Source of the DNA: Mariniblastus sp. | Lineage (GTDB): Bacteria > Planctomycetota > Planctomycetia > Pirellulales > Pirellulaceae | DNA length: 64,000 bases | NCBI GenBank assembly: GCA_022447555.1 | Contig: JAKVBF010000010.1 | Span: 205,257-269,256, forward strand | Reading direction: 5' to 3' | Shown: positions 7,597 to 16,574 of the stretch, piece by piece | Position numbering within the stretch: the stretch's first letter is position 1 | Layout of the letters: every line of letters begins with the position of its first letter | Position numbers and translations under genes: made by a program | Notes under the pieces: model-generated | Seen by the model: the letters and a program-made list of their open reading frames with translations, nothing else | Databases searched by the model: none | Told to the model about the DNA's origin: nothing

Positions 7597-9939
7597 ATGA
7601 AACCGGTCGCTTTGACACCAGCTCGTCGCCCCGTTTTCAGATTCCTTTCGTTTCTCCCGTTGTTTTGTTTGCTGTCGTTGCCCTGCGCGATGGCCTATAC
7701 GAAATGGAATTTAATTCAAAAAATTACGCGATTCGGTTTTTGGTTGGTTTTTAAGACGCTCTACCGAGTTCGAATTCGGGGCTTGGAAAACATCCCCACC
7801 GAGGGCGGCGTGGTACTTGTCTTCAATCATTCCTGTTGGTTGGACGGTGCAATTATTTTGACTCTGATTCCCCGTCGATTGCGTCCCGTCGCATGGGGAG
7901 GTAATTTTAAAAATTGGGCGTTACATTGGTGGGCAAAATTCTGTGGTGTCATCTTGATGATGTCGGGTCCCAAATCCATTCGGGCCGGACTCAAGGAAGC
8001 AAGTGAGACATTGCGTCAGGGAGGGATGATTGGAATTTTTCCAGAGGGCGGCATTAGTCGTTCGGGACAGATTCGTACGTTTCGACCGGGTGTTATGAAA
8101 ATAATGGAAGGTATCGATGTGCCGGTTTTGCCTTGCTACATTGATGAAGTTTGGGGCAGTATATTTAGCTACTCTGGCGGCAAAGCGTTTTTCAAATGGC
8201 CTAACTCGTTTCGAAGGCCTTTAACCCTAAATATAGGTAAACCGATGCGAAATCCCGAAACCGTTTTTGAGATTCAGCAGGCAGAACAAGTGTTGAGTGC
8301 CGATTCGGTTGAATACCGAATCGGCCGGTTCAAATCACCGGCTGAGCGTCTGATCAAGCAATGTAAGAAACGGCTGTTCAAAGAGAAAATCGCGGACTCA
8401 ACGGGACAGTCGGTGACGGGTGGCGCGCTGCTGATGAGATTGCTGATCGTCCGGCGTTTGCTCCGGAAATTTGTTTTGTCCGCAGATGAATCGACGGTAG
8501 GTGTTTTGCTACCTCCATCTAACGGCGGTGTGATCGTGAACGCTGCGTTATCCGTTGATCGAAGGACCGTGGTCAATTTGAATTATTCCTTGTCTGCCGA
8601 CTTAATTAATTTTTGCATCAAAGAGGCCGGGATCACTCACGTCTTGACCACTCAAAAAGTGCTTGACAAGTTTGGGTTTGAGTTGGATTGCGAAGTCATT
8701 CTGCTCGAAGGATTGCGAGATAAGGTCAGCCTTGTGGATAAAATGGTGGCGGTCTTTCAATCGTATATCTTGCCCATATCTATTCTGAAAAGAGCTTTGG
8801 GTTTGAGTCGGATTTCACCCGATGACCTGATGACGATTGTCTTTACATCGGGGTCCACGGGAACTCCCAAAGGAGTCATGCTGACGCAGGAGAATATTGG
8901 CACCAACATGGACGGTATCGAGCGATGTGCTTCGTTTAAGTCCACTGATGCAATGATCGGGATTTTGCCATTTTTTCATTCGTTTGGTTACACGGCAACT
9001 CTTTGGGCGGCAGTCGGTTGCAACCTACGGGGAATCTATCATTTTAGTCCGCTTGATGCTCGTCAGGTCGGCAAGCTTGTGGCACGCTTTAAGGGGACGA
9101 TTCTTGTTGCGACGCCGACCTTTTTAAGATCTTATTTGCGGCGATGCTCGCAAGAGGAATTTGCATCATTGGATGTTGTGGTTGCTGGCGCAGAACGGTT
9201 GCCTCCGGAACTCACGGAACAGTTTGATGAGAAGTTTGGTGTTCGACCGGTAGAGGGTTATGGCGCGACTGAGTTGTCTCCGATTGTTGCCGTTAATATA
9301 CCGGGTTCTCGAACCACTGATAAGTTTCAGATCGATCAGAAGGAGGGAACCGTCGGCCGCCCCATTCCGAACTGTACAGCCAAAGTTCTCGATTTAGATA
9401 CGGGTGAGCAACTGGGGCCGGATCAATCTGGAATGTTGTGGATAACGGGTCCCAATGTGATGAAAGGGTATTTAAATCGGAAAGATTTGACGGATGAGGT
9501 CATTGTGAATGGCTGGTATAAAACGGGTGATGTAGCGTTGGTTGATAGTGACGGATTTATCAAGATCACAGGCCGCATCAGTCGGTTCTCTAAAATTGGA
9601 GGTGAGATGGTGCCTCACCTGAAGGTCGAAGAGATTTTAACCAAGCATAGCGATCCCACACCTGACGATGCATCAGACAATGATGAGCCTAACATTGCGG
9701 TCACTTCGATTGCGGATCCCAAAAAAGGTGAGCGGCTAATTGTGTTGCATACGCGGATCCCGAAAACTCCCGAAGAGCTGCGGACTATATTGAGCGAGGA
9801 AGGCTTACCTAATATTTTCATTCCATCCAAAGACAGTTTTCGCGAAGTCGACACTCTGCCGATGTTGGGTAGTGGGAAACTGGATTTGAAACAGTTGAAA
9901 TTGATGGCGGAATCGCTCTACTCTGGTGAATCTCTATGA
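7597..9939 (+). CDS. aas: bifunctional PlsC-type acyltransferase / acyl-ACP (AMP-forming) synthetase, Aas-like
   Basis: NHSCWLD (Hx4D) and FPEGGISRSG acyltransferase motifs, then TSGSTGTPKGVMLT and GWYKTGD AMP-binding motifs. The ORF is open from 7084, and the start at 7597 (or 7684, MAYTKW) was chosen by analogy to Aas/PlsC N-termini. Confidence 0.85.
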   Translation: MKPVALTPARRPVFRFLSFLPLFCLLSLPCAMAYTKWNLIQKITRFGFWLVFKTLYRVRIRGLENIPTEGGVVLVFNHSCWLDGAIILTLIPRRLRPVAWGGNFKNWALHWWAKFCGVILMMSGPKSIRAGLKEASETLRQGGMIGIFPEGGISRSGQIRTFRPGVMKIMEGIDVPVLPCYIDEVWGSIFSYSGGKAFFKWPNSFRRPLTLNIGKPMRNPETVFEIQQAEQVLSADSVEYRIGRFKSPAERLIKQCKKRLFKEKIADSTGQSVTGGALLMRLLIVRRLLRKFVLSADESTVGVLLPPSNGGVIVNAALSVDRRTVVNLNYSLSADLINFCIKEAGITHVLTTQKVLDKFGFELDCEVILLEGLRDKVSLVDKMVAVFQSYILPISILKRALGLSRISPDDLMTIVFTSGSTGTPKGVMLTQENIGTNMDGIERCASFKSTDAMIGILPFFHSFGYTATLWAAVGCNLRGIYHFSPLDARQVGKLVARFKGTILVATPTFLRSYLRRCSQEEFASLDVVVAGAERLPPELTEQFDEKFGVRPVEGYGATELSPIVAVNIPGSRTTDKFQIDQKEGTVGRPIPNCTAKVLDLDTGEQLGPDQSGMLWITGPNVMKGYLNRKDLTDEVIVNGWYKTGDVALVDSDGFIKITGRISRFSKIGGEMVPHLKVEEILTKHSDPTPDDASDNDEPNIAVTSIADPKKGERLIVLHTRIPKTPEELRTILSEEGLPNIFIPSKDSFREVDTLPMLGSGKLDLKQLKLMAESLYSGESL

Positions 9940-10019
9940 GATGAAATGGTATCGATCGGCAGCATAGGCTGTTTCGTAGACTCTTTCGGTTAATGGATAT
10001 TCGCTGGCGCGGTCTACGA

Positions 10020-11018
10020 TTAAGGCATTGCAAGGTCTAGCATTGCTTGCGCAAGATTCTCTGATGTGATCGTTCTGAGTAATGGGTAGGATGCTGTCAT
10101 GCGAGGGTTGATTTCTATTACTAGGTCATCTGCCTCCTTCGCACCCAAGATAAGATCGATACCAAAGTACCCACGCGCTTGATTCAGAGCGGCGGCGACT
10201 CGTTTGCCGATTTGGTTAGCACGAAAACGTAATTCAGGAGACAGGTTGTCGACATTTTCGTGATAGGCTCCCAGAGGTTCGTCAGCCAACACTTGCCGGG
10301 TCGCCGGCAAGAGTCGTGAGCCACGGGGACCGGAGATCACGCTGATGCTGGCAGGGATGCCCGGGGCCCAACGCTCGAATCTTATCGGTTTCGGGGTCCC
10401 GTTAGTCCAAACACGATTTAAATTTTTTACTAGAGATTGCTGGTCGGGGATCCAAGTTATCCCCTCACCACCCACCCCATCATTTGGTTTTAGCACTCCG
10501 GGTAAATTTGCAATGATATCGGATGTCATGATGGGAACTGACGCCGTTTCCGGTTGGAGCAACTTACCGTCAACGGTTGGAATCCCATTTTGAGTCAGGA
10601 ACTGGCAGGTCGCTGACTTGTCAGTGAACAAACGTACTAAGCGTTCATTGGGCGAGAGGAATTTTTGGTGTGACTCTCTCAGCCATTCACAGCAACGTGC
10701 TAGGCGGCCTTCGGTCTCCGGTGCGATAAGGATAATCCAGTCAGCGGTCTGGGCCAGCTGAACAAGTTGTTGAGTCAACGCTTGAGCACTGTCAACCAGC
10801 GCGACCTGAGTTTCCGATTTGGCGGCGTACAGACCTCGTGAATCGAGGGGAAGGATGGGTGTTATACCCAGGGAAGAAAAATCTTCTTCCAATGCCTTGA
10901 GCATCTGCTCCCCTTGTATTCGCAGCTCTTGATGAAGGCTGGGCGGGGACTCGTCGATCCATTGGCCACCACCAGACAGCCATTCAAAAAGGAGTATCTT
11001 CATGAAGCTAGAGCACAA
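10020..11018 (-). CDS. ATP-grasp family ligase, substrate unknown
   Basis: 332 aa. GVLKPNDGVGGEGI and IEINPRMTASY resemble ATP-grasp nucleotide-binding and catalytic segments. An alternative start MKILLFEW lies at 11003. Confidence 0.7.
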   Translation of the reverse strand: MCSSFMKILLFEWLSGGGQWIDESPPSLHQELRIQGEQMLKALEEDFSSLGITPILPLDSRGLYAAKSETQVALVDSAQALTQQLVQLAQTADWIILIAPETEGRLARCCEWLRESHQKFLSPNERLVRLFTDKSATCQFLTQNGIPTVDGKLLQPETASVPIMTSDIIANLPGVLKPNDGVGGEGITWIPDQQSLVKNLNRVWTNGTPKPIRFERWAPGIPASISVISGPRGSRLLPATRQVLADEPLGAYHENVDNLSPELRFRANQIGKRVAAALNQARGYFGIDLILGAKEADDLVIEINPRMTASYPLLRTITSENLAQAMLDLAMP

Positions 11019-11272
11019 ACGATGGAATGTTGGACGTGCCTGTCAAAACAAAAAGTTAGTCCTGATTGAGGCTTCATTCGGCTGTCCAAACAGTTCGAGC
11101 GTTCAGAAGTAGTCTCGGAATTCAGGAGTCCCGGTTGGGCGACGTAGGGTGTGACCGAGCGTCGTTTGCTTTACAAATGACCATGCTCGTCTACAATTTG
11201 CCGAGGGTCAATTATAGTGACCTCTCCTTTGGCAGTCTCCGTCGCTATCTCTTAATACAAAGGGTTTTTTTC

Positions 11273-11629
11273 GTGGCTACTTTGCTTACCCGAACGCAAG
11301 AAGGTGTTTTGATCGCCTATTTTCAAGATGTACGGATCATTGACGAAACTCGCATCCAAAAGCTTGGAGAAGAGCTGACAGAGTTGGTGACCAATGGGCG
11401 TTCGGAAAAGATCATTTTGAATTTTCAAAATGTCAGCTTCATGTCGTCCGCTATGATCGGCAAGCTTATTTTATTCGGCAAAAAGTGTAAAACTTCAGAT
11501 GTGAAACTTAGATTTTGCAACATCAATCGGAATGTTGAAGAAGTGTTTGAGTTGATGAATTTGGATAAAGTTTTTGAGATTTGTAAAGACGAGGAAAAAG
11601 CGATTGCCGCTATAGAGAAGGGTGGTTAG
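11273..11629 (+). CDS. STAS-domain anti-sigma-factor antagonist (orphan)
   Basis: Aligns by eye with the STAS protein at 5373-5756 (VLIAYFQDVRIIDETRIQKLGEEL; NFQNVSFMSSAMIGKLI). ORF open from 11066. The GTG at 11273 gives a typical 118-aa STAS length. Confidence 0.75.
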   Translation: MATLLTRTQEGVLIAYFQDVRIIDETRIQKLGEELTELVTNGRSEKIILNFQNVSFMSSAMIGKLILFGKKCKTSDVKLRFCNINRNVEEVFELMNLDKVFEICKDEEKAIAAIEKGG

Positions 11630-11648
11630 TTTAAGCGATTGTCGGTTT

Positions 11649-12731
11649 TTAGTCCGTTGTTGCTGGGGAGTTGGCTCCGCCAATTTTGGCGACGCCCAGT
11701 GTGATTGCCAAGCCTAACGCAATCCAACCCAGAGACCAGCCCAATTGCTCTAGACTCGGCGCAAAGTACTGGACAGGCCAATCTTCCTGTGGCAGCGTTT
11801 GAGGGCTGGTTATGAGTTCAGTTAAGTCTTCTTGAGTCACCGGTTGCCCGTTGATGATAGCCCCAACTTGGATTTCCTCAGGCTGGGTCCCGGTTTGAAA
11901 CGGATAAAGTCCAGCGGTCGAACCGATCAGCAACCCTAACAGGAGTCCCAGTGTTGGCTTTTGGTAATGCTTAAGTAGCCATTGCAAGAGATTACCAATC
12001 AAAACGACGCCGGCGATTACACCCATTCCGACGGGTAGCAAAATGGACAGCAGCGGGTCGATTGCGCTCGATATGTCTTTGGCTTTCAAAGCATCTTTGA
12101 ATTGATCAATTCCGGAAAGGATTGGAACGTACTGACCTAAGAGGAGCAGGATGTAACCTCCGGAAAGCCCGGGCAGAATCATGGCACAAGCCCCTGCCAG
12201 ACCCGCAACGAAAAGGGTTAGTGCATTGGTGTGACTCGAACCGACGACATCGTTCGCCTGTAAGATGGCTAATGCCACCATTGCCAATAATGACAAGATT
12301 GCTGTGATGACCAAGCTGGGAGACACTGGTTTTGCCATTTTCCAAACAACTGGTATTCCTCCCCAGGTTAGTCCGATGAAAAGGCTGTACATGATCCAAC
12401 GATGGGACAGGACCAGATCTTTTAAGAAACCGGCGCAGAGTAGAATACTAAGAGCTGCTGCACCACTGACACAAAACAGTATCAAGAGAGAGGGGAATCG
12501 AAAACGAAAACGTGTTACGTCTGCGATGGCTCCGATAAACCTTGGATAAATGCCGGCAGCCAAGAGCATTGTCCCGCCACTTATCCCCGGGACAAGATTC
12601 GCCAAGCCCATTAAGACGCCACCAAACAAAGATCTTCCGGCCACACTTCCTGGCAATGAACGGGCAGGTTCTCGGTCCACTGGTTTGTTGGTTTTGAGAT
12701 TCGAGGGTGAAGAGGTCGGTTGGGTGTTCAT
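11649..12731 (-). CDS. DUF368 family polytopic membrane protein (PopT-type polyprenyl-phosphate transporter family)
   Basis: Two internal copies of the P-G-x-S-G-G motif (VPGISGGTMLL and LPGLSGGYILLLLG) within about 10 hydrophobic helices. Confidence 0.75.
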   Translation of the reverse strand: MNTQPTSSPSNLKTNKPVDREPARSLPGSVAGRSLFGGVLMGLANLVPGISGGTMLLAAGIYPRFIGAIADVTRFRFRFPSLLILFCVSGAAALSILLCAGFLKDLVLSHRWIMYSLFIGLTWGGIPVVWKMAKPVSPSLVITAILSLLAMVALAILQANDVVGSSHTNALTLFVAGLAGACAMILPGLSGGYILLLLGQYVPILSGIDQFKDALKAKDISSAIDPLLSILLPVGMGVIAGVVLIGNLLQWLLKHYQKPTLGLLLGLLIGSTAGLYPFQTGTQPEEIQVGAIINGQPVTQEDLTELITSPQTLPQEDWPVQYFAPSLEQLGWSLGWIALGLAITLGVAKIGGANSPATTD

Positions 12732-13030
12732 ACCGTGTTTTCAGTTTGGAAGGGGCAGCAAACAGTCAGTCGCTATCATGGGTTGTATTACCGTTTCGGT
12801 GTTTGGGTTTGTTCGGATTCTGAATCCTGCGTCCAACGGGTCTCGCCGCAAGCACTGGGATGGCAGCCTTTCAGCCTTATAAAATAGTATCCCCCAATGC
12901 TGGAAAATAAGTGATGATCATCGTCGGAGGTTCCTCAGAATCGCATAATTGATCAAAAATGAAAGGTTGCAGGGGGGAATAGGTCTCCTTCAATGGCGTG
13001 TCACTATGCCGTGATTAGATTCCTGTTAAA

Positions 13031-13993
13031 TTGAAATCGCTAAAAACCAAGCCAATCTCGGGCCAATGCATCATGCCAGTGAATGAAAAACGACTTACTT
13101 TTTCCGCTCCAGCAAAAATCAACCTCTTTTTTGAGTTGTTGGGAAAACGGGACGATGGCTTTCATGAAATCGAAACGGTTATGTCCGCCGTTTCGATTTA
13201 CGATCATTTGGAGTTTCAGATCACCTCATCCCCCGAGATTTGTTTGGAAATGGTCGAGGAAGTAACGGGTATTCCGACCGATGAACGGAATCTGATTGTG
13301 AAGGCAATCCATCGGGTGCGACAAGTGGCCGTTGAGGAAGGGAGTGGTTCGTTACCCGGTATTCGAGTTCGGCTTGTCAAGCAAATCCCGGCTGCGGCGG
13401 GGATGGGAGGGGCCTCTAGTGATGCCGCTTCGGCGATCATGGCGGCGAATGAGTTGTGGGGATTGAAATGGTCCTTAAGAAAACAGAGTGAACTTGCCTC
13501 CACAATCGGTAGCGATGTCCCTTTTTTCCTCTGTAGCCACTTAGCTATTTGCACGGGCCGCGGCGAAAAAATAGAGCCGATCGCAGCTGATTTTCGATTG
13601 CCCGTTGTCATTGCAAGACCTCCGGTAGGACTTTCGACTGCTGATGTCTACGCGAAGTGTGTGGTCCCAGATTCCCCGCGATCAAGTGGTGAACTGGTGA
13701 AAGCATTTAGTCTTGGTCGAATTGATAAAATAGGGGGTTTGATTTTTAACCGTTTAGAGACATTTGCTGGCGAGCTAAGTGAGTGGACGGAACGTTTGCG
13801 ATATGAATTTGACCGTACAAATTGCACGGGACATCAGTTGACCGGATCTGGATCTTGTTATTTTGGAATTTATCCAAATCGAAAAGTCGCAATTAATGCT
13901 TCAAGATGCTTGTCAAACCGCTTGCCAGACGTAACCATTCTTAGTGGTGAAACACTCAATTGTGGGGGGGATCAGTTTTCTGATCGCAATTGA
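13031..13993 (+). CDS. ispE: 4-diphosphocytidyl-2-C-methyl-D-erythritol kinase
   Basis: APAKINLFFELLGKRDDGFHEIETV and the GHMP motif KQIPAAAGMGGASSDAASA. The ATG at 13073 (MPVNEKRL) is a likely true start. Confidence 0.9.
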   Translation: MKSLKTKPISGQCIMPVNEKRLTFSAPAKINLFFELLGKRDDGFHEIETVMSAVSIYDHLEFQITSSPEICLEMVEEVTGIPTDERNLIVKAIHRVRQVAVEEGSGSLPGIRVRLVKQIPAAAGMGGASSDAASAIMAANELWGLKWSLRKQSELASTIGSDVPFFLCSHLAICTGRGEKIEPIAADFRLPVVIARPPVGLSTADVYAKCVVPDSPRSSGELVKAFSLGRIDKIGGLIFNRLETFAGELSEWTERLRYEFDRTNCTGHQLTGSGSCYFGIYPNRKVAINASRCLSNRLPDVTILSGETLNCGGDQFSDRN

Positions 13994-14010
13994 GCTGATC
14001 GCAATTGAGC
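13981..14010. repeat. perfect 15-bp tandem duplication (tgatcgcaattgagc x2) spanning the ispE stop codon
   Basis: Read directly: 13981-13995 equals 13996-14010. The first copy contains the ispE TGA (13991-13993). Confidence 0.9.
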
Positions 14011-14024
14011 TAAAGGAGTGAGCC

Positions 14025-14615
14025 GTGCGAATCACAGAGGTCCGTATTAAGTTGACGGAGAATTCTGAAGATCGACTGCGAGGTTTTTGCAGTATTACTT
14101 TCGACGACTGCTTTGTCGTTCGAGATCTGAAGATCATTGAAGGAAACAATGGCCCTTTTGTTGCGATGCCAAGTCGCAAGTTATCCACGCATTGTTTCAA
14201 ATGTGGAACAAAGAATCACTTGCGAGCGAAGTTTTGTAATCAATGTGGTGTTCGCCTTAAAAATGAGAGTATCCCACACGATAGTACTGGGCGGGCTCGA
14301 TTGTATGCGGACATTGCGCATCCGGTTAACGCTGGATGCCGCGAGATGATTCAAAATCGCGTCATTGATGATTTTAAGAACGAGTTAGAGCTTTCCAGAC
14401 AGCCCGGCTATATCTCTCGATATGACGAGGACTATGCGTCTGACTGGGGTCCAGAAGACGTGGAAACGGTCAGCCGATCCCAAGACGGAGCAGCTCAACG
14501 CTCTGATGCCCCTCATGTTGGTGGTCCGTCAGCGGGGCCCCACAAAGTCTCTGAAAACCGGTCTGGGCCTGTAAAAAATGACGGATCCGAGGGATTTGGC
14601 AATGGAATCCTGTAA
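14025..14615 (+). CDS. spoVG: SpoVG family protein with inserted zinc ribbon and long C-terminal tail
   Basis: [10 protein letters not shown]...[33 protein letters not shown]...DIAHPVN matches the SpoVG fold. GTG start preceded by AAGGAG. CFKCG...CNQCG is inserted in the loop. Confidence 0.88.
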   Translation: MRITEVRIKLTENSEDRLRGFCSITFDDCFVVRDLKIIEGNNGPFVAMPSRKLSTHCFKCGTKNHLRAKFCNQCGVRLKNESIPHDSTGRARLYADIAHPVNAGCREMIQNRVIDDFKNELELSRQPGYISRYDEDYASDWGPEDVETVSRSQDGAAQRSDAPHVGGPSAGPHKVSENRSGPVKNDGSEGFGNGIL

Positions 14616-14757
14616 ATGTGCCGGGCTGAAAGAGGGGTTTTTGGGGTCAGCATTGGCCCTGAATATCCGAACTTGATCGGAAAAACCGGTAGAACTTGGA
14701 AATTCTGTTGGATTCGGGTCCCTTGATTCGACAATGAACCAAGGCGGTCGGTAAATA

Positions 14758-14787
14758 TTGACCCTTTTTATCAGGCCCAAGTATACT
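14758..14787 (+). promoter_or_regulatory. candidate sigma-70-type promoter (TTGACC-18 nt-TATACT)
   Basis: Hexamers read directly, about 105 nt upstream of the 14894 ORF. Promoter consensus in this lineage is not known to me. Confidence 0.3.
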
Positions 14788-14893
14788 TAACTGTTCGAAA
14801 TTTGCCGGAATTATCAAGGCAAATCGACCATTCCGGTGACTGGGCAGCGCAAGCGGCTCAAGCCGATTGAATTTATCCTGATGGTGCTCCGAT

Positions 14894-16165
14894 ATGCAAC
14901 GTTTTTTGCCTGTCTTTATTTTACTGATCGCTTCCACTCTGTGTTGCTCTCCTGTTTCTGCGCAACAACTGGGTCCTGGAGTTTTAAATGTCATTCCACC
15001 GGTTCTGGAGATACGAGATAGTTACTCGATTCCTCTTGCCGTGCCCGGAGTTGACGCCGAAGCGTTTGACGGGAACTACGTCCCCAATAAAAAGACGTTG
15101 TTTGGACAAACCGAATCGGTCGTCTTCTACCGAGACATTTGGCAATACGAGTTTGCCTTTCTCGGTTTACGACAACTTCGGTTGAATGTGGTTCAGCCTG
15201 ATGGAGTCGAGCGCCCGCAGAATTTTTGGTACATGGTTTATCGCATCCGAAATTCCGGTAAAAATATTTCGTTCGATAAGGTAAAAGAAGATCCACAATT
15301 CGAACACATGAAGAATGAATTGAAACAAGATCAAGGTGACTTCGTCGCAAGTGAAAAATTCGTTCCCCGGTTTTTTCTCGAGGGTTGGGTAAAAGAGCCA
15401 GGCAAAGGTTACGTTCGTAAGGTTTATCGTGATCAGATTCGCCCCGAGATACTCAAGAAGATTCAATTCATCGAAGATCCTGACGTTCCTCTTCTTGACA
15501 CGGTCCAGATGATGAATGCTGATCTGCCTGTCATCAAAAGCCCAAGCGATCCCGGAGTGTGGGGCGTTGCCATTTGGGGGGATGTCGATCCCAACATTGA
15601 TTACCTTTCAGTTTACGTGAGTGGCCTTACCAACGCATTTCGGATTGATCGCAATGCGGAGGGGGAAATTTCTTTCCGTCGAAAAACACTGCAGTTGAAC
15701 TTTTGGCGTCCCGGTGACGCAATTGTGCAAGAGCGGGATCGCGTTGATTATGGAATTCCACTGGTGGATAAAGCCGCAGAGCAGATTGAAATCTGCAAGC
15801 GTTACGAATTACCGGGGCCTCTTCTGAAAGCTTATCTTGACAGCTCTCAAGCGGATCAGCAGGTGTTGGTCGCTGAGATTGACGGAGAAGTCAATCTGAA
15901 AGATTTTCAGTCAGCACTGACACCCGATCTGGATGCGGGGAAATTGCCTGGGAAGTTAATCACTGCATTTGCCGATATGGGTGTTCAAGTACCAGCGGAG
16001 ACGGCGGTGACGACTGAGATTCAGGGTAAAAAATGGGCATTCTCACTAAAGGATGGTGAGCAAACCGAGAACTTTACCATCGCCTTGGAGCCTCAATACT
16101 GGGAACGGGATTTTGAGGGAATTCGGTTCATCAAAAGCCTTGATTACTTGTGGATCTATCGCTAA
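14894..16165 (+). CDS. hypothetical secreted protein
   Basis: 423-aa ORF with N-terminal signal peptide (MQRFLPVFILLIASTLCCSPVSAQ). No recognisable catalytic motif. Confidence 0.6.
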   Translation: MQRFLPVFILLIASTLCCSPVSAQQLGPGVLNVIPPVLEIRDSYSIPLAVPGVDAEAFDGNYVPNKKTLFGQTESVVFYRDIWQYEFAFLGLRQLRLNVVQPDGVERPQNFWYMVYRIRNSGKNISFDKVKEDPQFEHMKNELKQDQGDFVASEKFVPRFFLEGWVKEPGKGYVRKVYRDQIRPEILKKIQFIEDPDVPLLDTVQMMNADLPVIKSPSDPGVWGVAIWGDVDPNIDYLSVYVSGLTNAFRIDRNAEGEISFRRKTLQLNFWRPGDAIVQERDRVDYGIPLVDKAAEQIEICKRYELPGPLLKAYLDSSQADQQVLVAEIDGEVNLKDFQSALTPDLDAGKLPGKLITAFADMGVQVPAETAVTTEIQGKKWAFSLKDGEQTENFTIALEPQYWERDFEGIRFIKSLDYLWIYR

Positions 16166-16213
16166 AATTCGACTTCCAATTTTTTAAAGAAACATTTCTG
16201 GATAGCAGTAGCA

Positions 16214-16465
16214 ATGGCACATAAGAAGGGACAAGGTTCCAGTCGAAACGGTCGCGACTCGAATGCTCAACGACGCGGTGTGAAAAAGTTTGGCGGGGAA
16301 AGCGTTCGGGCTGGGAATATTCTCATCCGACAGGTTGGAAACAAGTGGCGTGCCGGTAAAGGCGTTGGCCAAGGTAAAGACTACACTCTGTTTGCTCTTG
16401 TCGACGGCCATGTTGCGTTTGATCAAGAAGGTCGTCGAATCAACATTGTAGCCGAAGCCAACTGA
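16214..16465 (+). CDS. rpmA: 50S ribosomal protein L27
   Basis: [42 protein letters not shown] is a canonical L27 N-terminus. Confidence 0.97.
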   Translation: MAHKKGQGSSRNGRDSNAQRRGVKKFGGESVRAGNILIRQVGNKWRAGKGVGQGKDYTLFALVDGHVAFDQEGRRINIVAEAN

Positions 16466-16527
16466 TTGAACGGCGTTAGGCAATCAAGTTGCTTGATTGG
16501 CTGTTGCGGATCATTAAAAAAATATTG

Positions 16528-16552
16528 GGATGCCATGAGGCATCCTTTTTTT
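16528..16552 (+). terminator. intrinsic terminator downstream of rpmA
   Basis: GGATGCC-ATGA-GGCATCC perfect 7-bp stem followed by T7. Confidence 0.7.
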
Positions 16553-16574
16553 GTGCCTCATTGGTATAGGTCTC

